A DNA stretch of 64,000 bases from Heterodontus francisci (GCF_036365525.1 NC_090404.1:806001-870000), one strand, 5' to 3'. Positions 25,401-37,400 are shown, numbered from the stretch's first letter. Notes: a model not told the origin generated them from the sequence alone. Numbers and translations are program-made.

Positions 25401-26392
25401 CTCAGTACTGACCCTCCGACAGTGCGGCACTCCCTCAGTACTGACCCTCTGACAGTGCGGAGCTCCCTCAGTACTGACCCTCCGACATTGCGGCAGTCCC
25501 TCAGTACTGACCCTCCGACAGTGCGGCACTCCCTCAGTACTGACCCTCTGACAGTGCGGCGCTTCCTCAGTACTGACACTCCGATAGTGCGGCACTCCCT
25601 CAGTACTGACCCTCCGACAGTGCGGCACTCCCTCGGTACTGACCCTCCGACAGTGCGGCACTCCCTCAGTATTGACCCTCTGACAGTGCGGCACTCCCTC
25701 AGTACTGACCCTCCGACATTGTGGTGCTCCCTCATTACTGACCCTCCGACAGTGCGGCACTCCCTCAGTATTGACCCTCCGACATTGCGGCACTCCCTCA
25801 GTACTGACCCTCCGACAGTGCGGCACTCCCTCAGTACTGACCCTCCGACAGTGCCGTGCTCCCTCAGTACTGACCCTCCGACAATGCGGAGCTCCCTCAG
25901 GACTGACCCTCCGACAGTGCAGCACTCCCTCAGTACTGACCCTCCGACAGTGCGGAGCTCCCTCAGTACTGACCCTCTGACAGTGCGGAGCTCCCTCAGG
26001 ACTGACCCTCCGACAGTGCGGCACTCCCTCAGTACTGACCCTCCGACAGTGCGGAGCTCCCTCAGTACTGACCCTCCGACAGTGCGGCACTCCCTCAGTA
26101 CTGACCCTCCGACAGTGCGGCACTCCCTCAGTACTGACCCTCCGACAGTGCGGCACTCCCTCAGTACTGACCCTCCGACAGTGCGGAGCTCCCTCAGTAC
26201 TGACCCTCCGACAGTGCGGAGCTCCCTCAGTACTGACCCTCCGACAGTGCGGCACTCCCTCAGTACTGACCCTCCGACAGTGCGGCACTCCCTCAGTACT
26301 GACCCTCCGACAGTGCAGAGCTCCCTCAGTTACTGACCCAGCATTTCGGGGATCGTACCTGTGACTTTCTGACACAATTAGCGACTGAGCCC
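22440..26392 (-). mobile_element. Deu-type SINE whose internal 33-bp segment expanded into a minisatellite
   Basis: Head GGCTCAGT...GTCAGAAAG at ~26392-26360. After the array the SINE body resumes (GTGCTGTCTTTTGGGATGAGATGTTAAA; GCTGTTTGTGGGATCTTGCTGTGCAC). Confidence 0.7.
22775..26338. repeat. 33-bp minisatellite (CAGTACTGACCCTCCGACAGTGCGGCACTCCCT), ~108 units, in the leader-V intron
   Basis: Direct periodicity. Confidence 0.97.
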
Positions 26393-26482
26393 TGTCTGAC
26401 CAACGAGATCCCTTTATCTGAGCTGATAACTCTAGATTTGCACAGTAGATCTCACCTTAACCAGGACTAAACAGTTACTAAC

Positions 26483-26528
26483 CTGTGAGACACAGAAAGA
26501 AGACAAGCATTCGACTCATGGCCTCCAT
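26483..26528 (-). CDS. Ig light-chain-like gene, exon 1: signal peptide MEAMSRMLVFFLCLT(G)
   Basis: ATG in a ccATGG context, 46 bp, phase-1 donor G|GTTAGT. Splices in frame to GT-GCC-ACG-GCG to give leader ...CLTGATA|VPVL. Octamer upstream. Confidence 0.85.
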
Positions 26529-26574
26529 GGATGAACTCAGCTGTACGATTGTTGTGTCAGCCTTCGCTGCTGAC

Positions 26575-26760
26575 TCTTCTTAAGGCCGGGGTTAGTGGGC
26601 TGGACTTCGATTGACGTGGGTCTTTGCATAATATTCGAGCAGAACCACTCAGACGACCTCTAAGATGCAAATGCGTACGTTTCGTTTGATGATTGGACGA
26701 GGGGAACCAAGGAATGGTTTGTGATGTTAGATCGGTCGAGGGGGCGGGGGGCGGAAGGCT
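26575..26760 (-). promoter_or_regulatory. Ig V-type promoter with an octamer ATTTGCAT on the sense strand at 26672-26665
   Basis: Plus-strand ATGCAAAT at 26665-26672; second 7/8 octamer CTTTGCAT at 26622-26629; TGACGT ~26612; CCAAT ~26692; GC box ~26740; TATA-like TTAAGAA ~26580. Confidence 0.75.
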
Positions 26761-26794
26761 TGTACCGAGACGCCGAGCGAGAGGGGCACCCTTA

Positions 26795-27060
26795 TCCTTT
26801 CATGGGATGTGGGTGTCACTGGCTAGACTACCATTTATTACCCATCCCTAATTGCCCTTGAGAAGGTGGTGGTGAGCTGCCTTCTTGAACCGTTGCAGTC
26901 CATGTGGGGTAGGTACACCCACAGTGCTGTTAGGAAGGGAGTTCCAGGATTTTGACCCAGTGACAGTGAAGGAACGGTGATATAGTTCCAAGTCAGGATG
27001 GTGTGTGACTTAGAGGGGAACTTGCAGGTGGTGGTGTTCCCATGTATTTTCTGCCTTTCT
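26795..27060 (-). mobile_element. 3' tail fragment of the CR1/L2-group LINE family of 727-1990
   Basis: Near-identical to 745-990. Confidence 0.8.
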
Positions 27061-27489
27061 CAAACCATAACCAAATAACCCTCTATGTCTAGATTAATGT
27101 CCATTGTGTTTGGCAGTTGCAGACAGGGTCTGTGTGGCAAACTGAACTGGCCTGATCCAGGTCCAGTCAGACCCCATCTGGCGTAGCTGTGAGATTAAAT
27201 GGATTGGTCTTTGAAAGAACCAGCACAGACACAATGGGCCGAATGGCTTCCTCCTGTGTATAAATAAGATTGCTGGTTTGCCATCAGGCACTTGTTTTTG
27301 GGGTAAGGGCTGTAACTTGGTGATTGCACCAGAATCTACAAAGCTCACCCAAGTCTGCAGCCTTGACTCACAGAGTTCAGCAAGTGCGGCTTTTAATAAA
27401 GGTCCCGGGTTACACTGTGGTCTTCAAATCAGCAAATAAATGCACCCTTGTATCCTGCGAGAGCAGAGTGCAGATCCTAGCATGTCTCA

Positions 27490-27910
27490 GAGCAGAAAGG
27501 AGGCCATTCGGCCTTTCCTGCCTGTGCTGGCTCTCTGAAAGAGCCCCTCAATTAATCTCCCTCCCTCCCAGTTCTTTCCCCCATCGCCCTGCAAATTTTT
27601 CCCCTTCAAGTTCTTCTCCAATTGCCCTTTTGAAAGTTACTATTGAATCTGCTTCCCCCGCCCTTTCAGGGAGTGCGTTCCAGATCACTGTGTAGAAACA
27701 TTTCCCCTCATTCTCCCCCTCTGCGTCTTTTACCCATTCTGTTAAATCTGTGTCCCTCTGGTTACTAACCCTCCCACCACTGCAAACAGCTTCTCCTTAT
27801 TTACTCTATCGAAATCCCTCACGATTTTGAACGCCTCGATTAAATCTCCCCCTTAACCTTCTCTGCTCTAAGGAGAACAATCCCAGCTTCTCCAGTCTCT
27901 CTATGTAACT
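27490..27910 (-). mobile_element. Degenerate CR1 3' end
   Basis: GGAGGCCATTCGGCC tail and AACCTTCTCTGCTCTAAGGAGAACAATCCCAGCTTCTCC (reverse of CR1 LEKLGLFSLE). Confidence 0.75.
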
Positions 27911-28514
27911 GAGATATGATTTTGGGGGCCTTGGGGTTTATTGGGCCAAGATTTTCATTCGAACAGTGAAAGTCACACTATATCAGTTTTGCTGTTTCAA
28001 TCACAGATTGTAAAAACAGTCTGTAGACAATTTATGCTGAATATATTGCTTCAAATACTGAGAGATTCACAATTCCATATTTCATGTCAATTAAACTCTA
28101 ACGTCTGTACCAGCGACAACCCGGGTTTGACGTCGTTTTGGGATAATTTCTTCACAAAGCCCAAATTAAAATGTTTAAACTCCCAACCTGACAGCAGTGA
28201 ATTACCTTCAGTCATCCTCAACCTCAGCAGTTGTGGTACAGTGGAATGAAAGTCCCAGCCTGACCCCATGATATCGGGAACCGTTTAACTGGTCATTTAT
28301 TGCTTTGCTGTTTGTGGAATCCTCCTGTGCACAAATTTCCAACATGGCAACACTTCAGATAGTAATTCGCTGGCTGTAAAGAACTGGACTGAGGTCGGGC
28401 AAGATGGTGAGAGAGAGATACCAGAGCTCACTTCATCTGTCTTTCTCACAACAGAAACAAGGTTGATGTCGCAAATCGGACGAAGGAATTGATTGAAAGA
28501 CTTGATTTCAAACT

Positions 28515-29500
28515 TTTTTTTATTCGTTCGGGGGCTGTGGGCGTCGCTGGCCAGGCCAGCATTTATTACCCATCCCTAATTGCCCTTGAGAAGGTGGTGA
28601 TGAGCTGCCTTCTTGAACCGCTGCAGTCCATGTGGGGTAGGTACACCCACAGTGCTGTTAGGAAGGGAGTTCCAGGATTTTGACCCAGTGACAGTGAAGG
28701 AACGGCGATATAGTTCCAAGTCAGGATGGTGTACGGCTTGGAGGGGAACTTGCAGGTGGTGATGTTCCCATGCATTTGTTGCCCTTGTTCTTCTAGTTGG
28801 TAGAGGTCGCGGGTTTGGAAGGTGCTGTCTAAGGAGCGTTGGTGCATTGCTGCAGTGCATCTTGTAGATGGTACACACTGCTGCCACTGTGCGTCGGTGG
28901 TGGAGGGAGTGAATGTTTGTGGATGGGGTGCCAATCAAGCGGGCTGCTTTGTACTGGATGGTGTCGAGCTTCTTGAGTGTTGTTGGAGCTGCACCCATCC
29001 AGGCAAGTGGAGAGTATTCCATCACACTCCTGACTTGTGCCTTGTAGATGGTGGACAGGCTTTGGGGAGTCAGGAGGTGAGTTACTCGCTGCAGGATTCC
29101 TAGCCTCTGACCTGCTCTTGTAGCCACGGTATTTATATGGCTACTCCAGTTCAGTTTCTGGTCAATGGTAGCCCCTAGGATGTTGATAGTGGGGGATTCA
29201 GCGATGGTAATGCCGTTGAATATCAAGGGGAGATGGTTAGATTCTCCCTTGTTGGAGATAGTCATTGCCTGGTACTTGTGTGGCGCGAATGTTACTTTCC
29301 ACTTAACAGCTCAAGCCTGGATATTGTCCAGGTCTTGCTGCATTTCTACACGGACTGCTTCAGTATCTGAGGAGTCACGAATGGTGCTGAACATTGTGCA
29401 ATCATCAGCGAACATCCCCATTGATGGTCATTGATGAAGCAGCTGAAGATGGTTGGGCCTAGGACACTACCCTGAGGAACTCCTGCAGTGATGTCCTGGA
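28515..29500 (-). mobile_element. 5'-truncated CR1/L2-group LINE copy (family of 727-1990)
   Basis: ORF 28576-29265 (RT C-terminus) and GVPQGSVLGPTIFSCFIND. Confidence 0.85.
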
Positions 29501-30049
29501 GCGCAGTGTACAAAGCCGATAAGAAATAGCCAATGAACATATTTGCGTCCTTTTGCATTAGGGAGCCTCTGTTGGTGGGGGCTTAAAGTCAGGAATTTGC
29601 CGTGGGGTCAAATTGGATACGTGGTAAATGAAATGCTAAGTTGGCGGGTGATGAGAAAGGAGAGAGTTGGTGCTGGTGGTTAGTCTGGTGTGATAAACAA
29701 CAGGCCCAGTGTTTCCAATCTCGAGTCATCAGCCAGTTAGTTGGTAGTTTCAGTTCCTCATGATGATATTTATAGTGCGATACTCTGCCACGAACTGGAA
29801 ACATATGCTGGTTGTGCGTGTCTGCAGCCAACACCTGGGTGACACACAACACTGCAAAGGCTGATGCAAGACTTGGGTTGTTTATAAACTGAGCAGAATT
29901 ACAAGGTAATGGTGGGCGTGTGTGGGTGTCTTTGCTTAACCGGCATCTCCTCTCCAGATGGCTGAGACTAACAGATGGGCTTCCTGAGCCGTTAGCTAGT
30001 TCATCAGACTTGCCAGTTGGGTGGGGGTCTCACACTCTCTCTCCCTCGC

Positions 30050-30265
30050 CCCTCAGTCAGGTGGTCCTGGGTTCGAGCCCCACAACAAACGCTTGACCCC
30101 TTAATCCAGGCCCACGCTTCCCCCGGTTACTCGTAAATGAAGTAGCACTGCAATGTCGGAGGGTCAGTACTGAGGGAGTGCCGCACTGTCAGAGGGTCAG
30201 TACTGAGGGAGTGCTGCACTGTCGGAGGGTCAGTACTGAGGGAGTGCTGCACTGTTGGAGGGTCC
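30050..30265 (+). mobile_element. Deu-type SINE 5' part with only ~3 copies of the 33-bp unit
   Basis: B box GGTTCGAGCCC at ~30070, followed by 33-bp units at ~30145-30262. Confidence 0.65.
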
Positions 30266-30267
30266 GT

Positions 30268-33200
30268 TAAAGGCACTCTATCTGAATGCACTCAGAATTC
30301 ACAATAAGGTAGATGATCTGAAGGCACAGATTGGGGTAAATGGCTATGATCTAATTGCCATTACAGAGACATGGTCACAGGGAACCATGACTGGGAACTG
30401 AATATTCGAGAATATTCATCATTTCAGAAAGATAGGCATAAAAGGAAAAGGAGGTGGGGTTACTTCTTCTTTGGCCTCCTTATCTCGAGAGACAATGGGT
30501 AAGCACCTGGAGGTGGTCAGTGGTTTGTGGAGCAGCGCCTGGAGTGGCTATAAAGGCCAATTCTAGAGTGACAGGCTCTTCCACAGGTGCTGCAGAAAAA
30601 TTTGTTTGTCGGGGCTGTTACACAGTTGGCTCTCCCCTTGCGCCTCTGTCTTTTTTCCTGCCAACTACTAAGTCTCTTCGACTCGCCACACTTTAGCCCC
30701 GTCTTTATGGCTGCCCGCCAGCTCTGGCGAACGCTGGCAACTGACTCCCACGACTTGTGATCAATGTCACAGGACTTCATGTCGCGTTTGCAGACGTCTT
30801 TAAAGCGGAGACATGGACGGCCGGTGGGTCTGATACCAGTGGCGAGCTCGCTGTACAAGGTGTCTTTGGGGATCCTGCCATCTTCCATGCGGCTCACATG
30901 GCCAAGCCATCTCAAGCGCCGCTGACTCAGTAGTGTGTATAAGCTGGGGATGTTGGTCGCCTTGAGGATTTCTGTGTTGGAGATACGGTCCTGCCACCTG
31001 ATGCCAAGGATTCTCCGGAGGCAGCGAAGATGGAATGAATTGAGACGTCGCTCTTGGCTGCCATACGTTGTCCAGGCCTTGCTGCCATAGAGCAAGGTAC
31101 TGAGGACACAGGCTTGATACACTCGGACTTTTGTGTTCCGTGTCAGTGCGCCATTTTCCCACACTCTCTTGGCCAGTCTGGACATAGCAGTGGAAGCCTT
31201 TCCCATGCGCTTGTTGATTTCTGCATCTAGTGACAGGTTACTGGTGACAGTTGAGCCTAGGTAGGTGAACTCTTGAACCACTTCCAGAGCATGGTCGCCG
31301 ATATTGATGGATGGAGCATTTCTGACGTCCTGTCCCATGATGTTCGTTTTCTTAAGGCTGATGGTTCGGTCAAATTCGTTGCAGGCAGCCGCAAACCTGT
31401 CGATGAGACTCTGCAGGCACTCTTCAGTGTGAGATGTTAAAGCAGCATCGTCAGCAAAGAGGAGTTCCCTGATGAGGACTTTCCATACTTTGGACTTCGC
31501 TCTTAGATGGGCAAGGTTGAACAACCTGCCCCCTGATCTTGTGTGGAGGAAAATTCCTTCTTCAGAGGACTTGAATGCATGTGAAAGCAGCAGGGAGAAG
31601 AAAATCCCAAATGGGGTTGCACTGTCAATAAGGGATGAGATCAGTATGTTAGTGAGAGAGGATCTTAGATCAAAGGATCAAGATGTGGAATCAATCTGGG
31701 CGGAGCTAAGAAACAGCAAGGGGCAGCAAACATTGGTAGGAGTTGTTTAAAGGCCACCAAATAGTAGTAATGCTGGGCATGGTGAAAATCATGAAATTAG
31801 AGGTGCCTGTAACATGGGTAATACAGTGATAATGGGCAATCTCAATCTACAGATAGACTGGGTAAACATAATCAGCACTAACGCTGTGAAAGATATATTT
31901 CTGCAGTGTGTACGAGATGGGTTTCTGGAGCAGTACTTTGAGGCACCAATTAGGGATCGGGCTATTTTAGATCTGGTATTGTGTAATGAGAAAGGGCTAA
32001 TTAATAACCTTGCTGTGAAGGAGTCTTTGGGAAATAGTGATCATAACATGATGGAATTTTACATTAAGTTTGAAAGTGATATAGTTCATTTTGAAACTAG
32101 GGTCTTAAATCTGAACAAAGGAAACTATGAAGGTATGGGAGCAAGTTGGCTATGGTGGATAGTGGAAATACACTAAAAAATTTGACAGTAGACAGGTAAT
32201 GGCTAGTATTTAAAGAAGTACTACATGGTCTACAATCGATATATATTCCTCTAAGGTTAAGCACCCAATGGGAAAGGTGAATCGACCATGGCTAACAAAT
32301 GAAGTTAAAAATTTTATTAGCACAAAGGCTTAAAAGTTGCCTGAAACAGTGATAAGCCCGAGGATTGGGAGCAGTTTAGAATCCAACAAAGGATGACCAA
32401 GAAACTGATAAAGAAAGGGAAAAGAGAATATGAATGTAAACTAGCGGGAAATACAAAGATGGACTGTAAATGCTTCTTTAGGTATGTGAAAAGGAAAAGA
32501 TTAGCAAGGACGAATGTGGGTCCATTACAGGCGGAGACAGGAGAATTTATAATGGAGAATACGGAAAGGGCAGAGAAATTAAACAAATACTTTGTGTCTG
32601 TCTTCACAAAGGAAGTTACAGAAAATCTCCCAGAAATACTCGGGAACCAAGGGACTTGTGAAAATGAGGAACTGAAAGAAATGAGTATGAATAAAGAGGT
32701 AGTACTCAAAAAACTAACTGGGTTGACGGTTGATTAATCCCCTGGACCAAATGAGCCACAATCCCAGAGGGTTGAAGGAGGTGACTATAGAGACAGTGGA
32801 TGTATTGGTGGTTATCTTTCAGAATTCGATAGATTCTGGAAAGGTTCCTGCAGACTGGAAAGTAACAAATGTAACCTCACTATTTAACAAAGGAGGGAGA
32901 GAGAAAACAGGGAACTACAGAGCTGTTAGTTTGATGTCAGTAGTGGGGAAATGTTAGAATTTATTACAAAGGAAATGATAACTAGAAAATAATGATATGA
33001 TTGGGCAGAGTCAACGAGGATTTGTGAAAGGGAAATCATGTTTGACAAACCTGTTGGAGTTTTTTTAAGGATGTTACTTGTCACACAGATAAAGGAGAAC
33101 CAGTGGATGTGGTGTATTTGGATTTTCAGAAGGCTTTTGATAAGGTCCCACACAGGAGGTTAGTGAACAAAATTAGAGCACATGGGATTGGGGGTAATAT

Positions 33201-34262
33201 ACAGGTATGGATTGAGAATTGGTTAACAGAGAGTAGGAATAAACGGGTCATTCTCAGGATGGCAGGCTGTGACTAGTGAGGTACCGCAGGGATCGGTACT
33301 TGGTTTACAATATTTATCAATGATTTGGATGTGGGGACCAAATGTAATATTTCCAAATTTGCTGATCACACAAAGCTAGGTGGGAATGTGTGTTGTGAGG
33401 GGGATGCAAGGAGGCTTCAAGGAGACTTGAACAGGCTAAATGAATAGGCAAGAACATGGCAGACGGAATATAATGTGAATAAGTGTGAAATTATCTGTTT
33501 TGGTAGAAAAGACAGAAAGACTGAATATTTCTGAAATGGTGAGAGGTTGGGAAGTGTTGATATCCAAAGAGACCTGGGTGTCCTTGTTCATAAATCACTG
33601 AAAATTAACATGCAGGTGTAACAAGCAATTAGGCTGGGAAATGGTATGTTGGCCTTCATCGCAAGAGGATTTTCAGTACAGGGGTAAAAATGTCTTGCTG
33701 CAATTGTAGAGCACCTTGGTGAGTCCGCACCTGGAGTATTGTATACAGTTCTGGTCTCCTTTATCTAAGGAAGGATATACTTGCTATAGAGGGAGTGCAA
33801 CGGAGGTTCACCAGCCTAATCCCTGGGGTGGCAGGATTGTCTGATGAGGAGAGATTGGGGAAACTGGGCCTGTATTCTCTGGTTTAGAAGAATGAGAGGT
33901 GATCTCATTGAAACTTACAAACTTCTCACAGGGTGGATGTGGATAAGATGTTTCCCCTGGCTGGTGAGTCTAGAACCAGGGGACACAGTCTCAGAATAAA
34001 GGGTTGGCCATTTACAACTGAGATGAGGAGGAATTTCTTCACTCAGAGGGTGGTGAATCTGTGGAATTCTCTACCCCAGAGGGCTGTGGAAGGTCAGTCA
34101 TTGAATATGTTTAAGACAGAGATTGACAGATTTCTAGATAATAATGCCATGAGGAGATGTGAGGACAACATGGGAAAGTGATGTTAAAGTAGATTATCAG
34201 TCTTGATATAATTGAATGGCGGAACAGGCTCAACAGGCTGAATGGCCTACTCCTGCTCCGAT
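30268..34262 (+). mobile_element. Near full-length CR1 ORF2 (APE plus RT plus 3' UTR), heavily disrupted and split by an RTE insertion
   Basis: YDLIAITETW-like, ILDLVLCNE, SDHN, DWKVTNVTSLF, NYRAVSL, DFQKAFDKVPH, TRGHSLRI motifs; CR1 tail at ~34235-34260. Confidence 0.9.
30462..31611 (-). mobile_element. 5'-truncated RTE-clade LINE with an open RT C-terminus
   Basis: ORF 30517-31524 with LLFADD, RRLRWLGHVSRM and C-terminal CSTCGRACHSRIGLYSH; (GAA)n tail; 7-bp target duplication TGGGGTT at 30455-30461 and 31612-31618. Confidence 0.9.
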
Positions 34263-34480
34263 ATAAAAGCAAAATACTGCGGATGCTGGAAATCTGAAAT
34301 TAAAAAAAGAAATGCTGGAATCACTCAGCAGGTCTGGCAGCATATGTGGAAAGAGAAGCAGAGTTAACGTTTCGGGTCAGTTCCGAAGAAGGGTCACTGA
34401 CCCGAAACGTTAACTCTGCTTCTCTTTCCACAGATGCTGCCAGACCTGCTGAGTGATTCCAGCATTTCTTGTTTTTGTTC
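34263..34480. mobile_element. Penelope-like terminal-repeat palindrome with ~75-bp arms and a hammerhead-like core
   Basis: 34307-34381 is the reverse complement of 34396-34470 with one mismatch. The centre reads CCGAAGAAGGGTCACTGACCCGAAACGTT. Confidence 0.65.
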
Positions 34481-34498
34481 CTGCTCCTATATTCCTAT

Positions 34499-37400
34499 CT
34501 CAGTACTGAGGGACAGCCTCACTGTCGGAGGGTCAGTGCTGAGGGAGTGCTGCACTGTCGGTGGGTCAGTACTGAGGGAGTGCCGCACTGTGGGAGGGTC
34601 AGTAATGAGGGAGTGCTGCACTGTCAGTGGGTCAGTACTGATGGAGTGCTGCACAGTTGGAGGGTCAGTACTGAGGGAGTGCCGCACTGTCGGAGCGTCA
34701 GTACTGAGGGAGTGCTGCACTGTCGGAGGGTCAGTACTGAGGGAGTGCCGCACTGTCGGAGCGTCAGTACCGAGGGAGTGCTGCACTGTCGGTGGGTCAG
34801 TACTGAGGGAGTGCTGCACAGTCGGAGGGTCAGCACTGAGGGAGTGCCGCACTGTCGGAGCGTCAGGACTGAGGGAGTGCTGCACTGTCGGAGGGTCAGT
34901 ACCGAGGGAGTGCCGCACTGTCGGAGCATCAGTACCGAGGGAGTGCTGCACTGTCGGTGGGTCAGTACTGAGGGAGTGCTGCACAGTCGGAGGGTCAGTA
35001 CTGAGGGAGTGCCGCACTGTCGGAGCGTCAGTACTGAGGGAGTGCTGCACTGTCGGAGGGTCAGTACTGAGGGAGTGCCGCACTGTCGGAGCGTCAGTAC
35101 CGAGGGAGTGCTGCACTGTCGGTGGGTCAGTACCGAGGGAGTGCTGCACAGTCGGAGGGTCAGTACTGAGGGAGCGCCGCACTGTCGGAGCGTCAGAACT
35201 GAGGGAGTGCTGCACTGTCGGAGGGTCAGTACTGAGGGAGTGCCGCACTGTCGGAGCGTCAGTACCGAGGGAGTGCTGCACTGTCGGAGGGTCAGTACTG
35301 AGGGAGTGCTGCACTGTCGGTGGGTCAGTACCGAGGGAGTGCTGCACTGTCGGAGGGTCAGTACTGAGGGAGCGCTGCACTGTCGGAGGGTCAGTACTGA
35401 GGGAGTGCCGCACTGTCGGAGGGTCAGTACTGAGGGAGTGCTGCACTGTCGGTGGGTCAGTACTGAGGGAGTGCTGCACTGTCGGAGGGTCAGTACTGAG
35501 GGAGCGCCGCACTGTCGGAGGGTCAGTACTGAGGGAGTGCTGCACTGTCGGTGGGTCAGTACTGAGGGAGTGCTGCACTGTCGGAGGGTCAGTACTGAGG
35601 GAGTGCTGCACTGTCGGAGGGTCAGTACTGAGGGAGCGCTGCACTGTCGGAGGGTCAGTACTGAGGGAGTGCCGCACTGTCGGAGGGTCAGTACTGAGGC
35701 AGCACTGCACTGTCGGAGGGTCAGTACTGAGGGAGCACCGCCCTGTCAGAGGGTCAGTACTGAGGGAGCGCCGCACTGTCGGAGGGTCAGTACTGAGGGA
35801 GTGCCGCACTGTCGGAGGGTCAGTACTGAGGGTGTGCTGCACTGTCGGAGGGTCAGTACTGAGGGAGTGCCTCACTGTCGGAGGGTCAGTACTGAGGGAG
35901 TACTACACTGTCGGAGGGTCAGTACTGAGGGAGCACCGCCCTGTCGGAGGGTCAGTACTGAGGGAGCGCCGCACTGTCGGAGGGTCAGTACTGAGGGAGT
36001 GCTGCACTGTCGGAGGGTCAGTACTGAGGGAGTGCCTCACTGTCGGAGGGTCAGTACTGAGAGAGTGACGCACTGTCGGAGGGTCAGTACTGAGGGAGTG
36101 CTGCACTGTCGGAGGGTCAGTACTGAGGGAGTGCTGCACTGTTGGAGGGTCAGTACTGAGGGAGTGCCGCACTGTCGGAGAGTCAGTACTGAGGGAGTGA
36201 CGCACTGTCGGAGGGTCAGTACTGAGGGAGTGCTGCACTGTCGGAGGGTCAGTACTGAGGGAGTGCCGCACTGTCGGAGGGTCAGTACTGAGGGAGCACC
36301 GCCCTGTCGGCGGGTCAGTACTGAGGGAGCGCCGCACTGTCGGAGGGTCAGTACTGAGGGAGCGTCGCACTGTCGGAGGGTCAGTACTGAGGGAGTGCTG
36401 CACTGTCGGAGGGTCAGTACTGAGGGAGTGCTGCACTGTTGGAGGGTCAGTACTGAGGGAGTGCCGCACTGTCGGAGAGTCAGTACTGAGGGAGTGACGC
36501 ACTGTCGGAGGGTCAGTACTGAGGGAGTGCTGCACTGTCGGAGGGTCAGTACTGAGGGAGTGCCGCACTGTCGGAGGGTCAGTACTGAGGGAGCACCGCC
36601 CTGTCGGAGGGTCAGTACTGAGGAAGCACCGCCCTGTCGGAGGGTCAGTACTGAGGGAGCGCTGCACTGTCGGAGGGTCAGTACTGAGGGAGCACCGCCC
36701 TGTCAGAGGGTCAGTACTGAGGGAGCACCGCCCTGTCGGCGGGTCAGTACTGAGGGAGCACCGCCCTGTCGGCGGGTCAGTACTGAGGGAGCGCCGCACT
36801 GTCGGAGGGTCAGTACTGAGGGAGCGCCGCACTGTCGGAGGGTCAGTACTGAGGGAGCGCCGCACTGTCGGAGGGTCAGTACTGAGGGAGCGCCGCACTG
36901 TCGGAGGGTCAGTACTGAGGGAGCGCTGCACTTTCGGAGGTTCAGTACTGAGGGAGCGCCGCACTGTCGGAGGGTCAGTACTGAGGAAGTGCTGCACTGT
37001 CGGAGGGTCAGTACTGAGGAAGTGCTGCACTTTCGGAGGGTCAGTACTGAGGGAGCGCCGCACTGTCGGAGGGTCAGTACTGAGGAAGTGCTGCACTGTC
37101 GGAGGGTCAGTACTGAGGGAGCGCCGCTCTGTCGGAGGGTCAGTACTGAGGGAGCGCCGCACTGTCGGAGGGTCAGTACTGAGGGAGTGCCGCACTGTCA
37201 GAGGGTCAGTACTGAGAGAGTGCCGCACTGTCGGAGGGTCAGTACTGAGGGAGTGCCGCACTGTCGGAGGGTCAGTACTGAGGGAGCGCCGCACTGTCGG
37301 AGGGTCAGTACTGAGGAAGTGCTGCACTGTCGGAGGGTCAGTACTGAGGAAGTGCTGCACTTTCGGAGGGTCAGTACTGAGGGAGCGCCGCACTGTCGGA

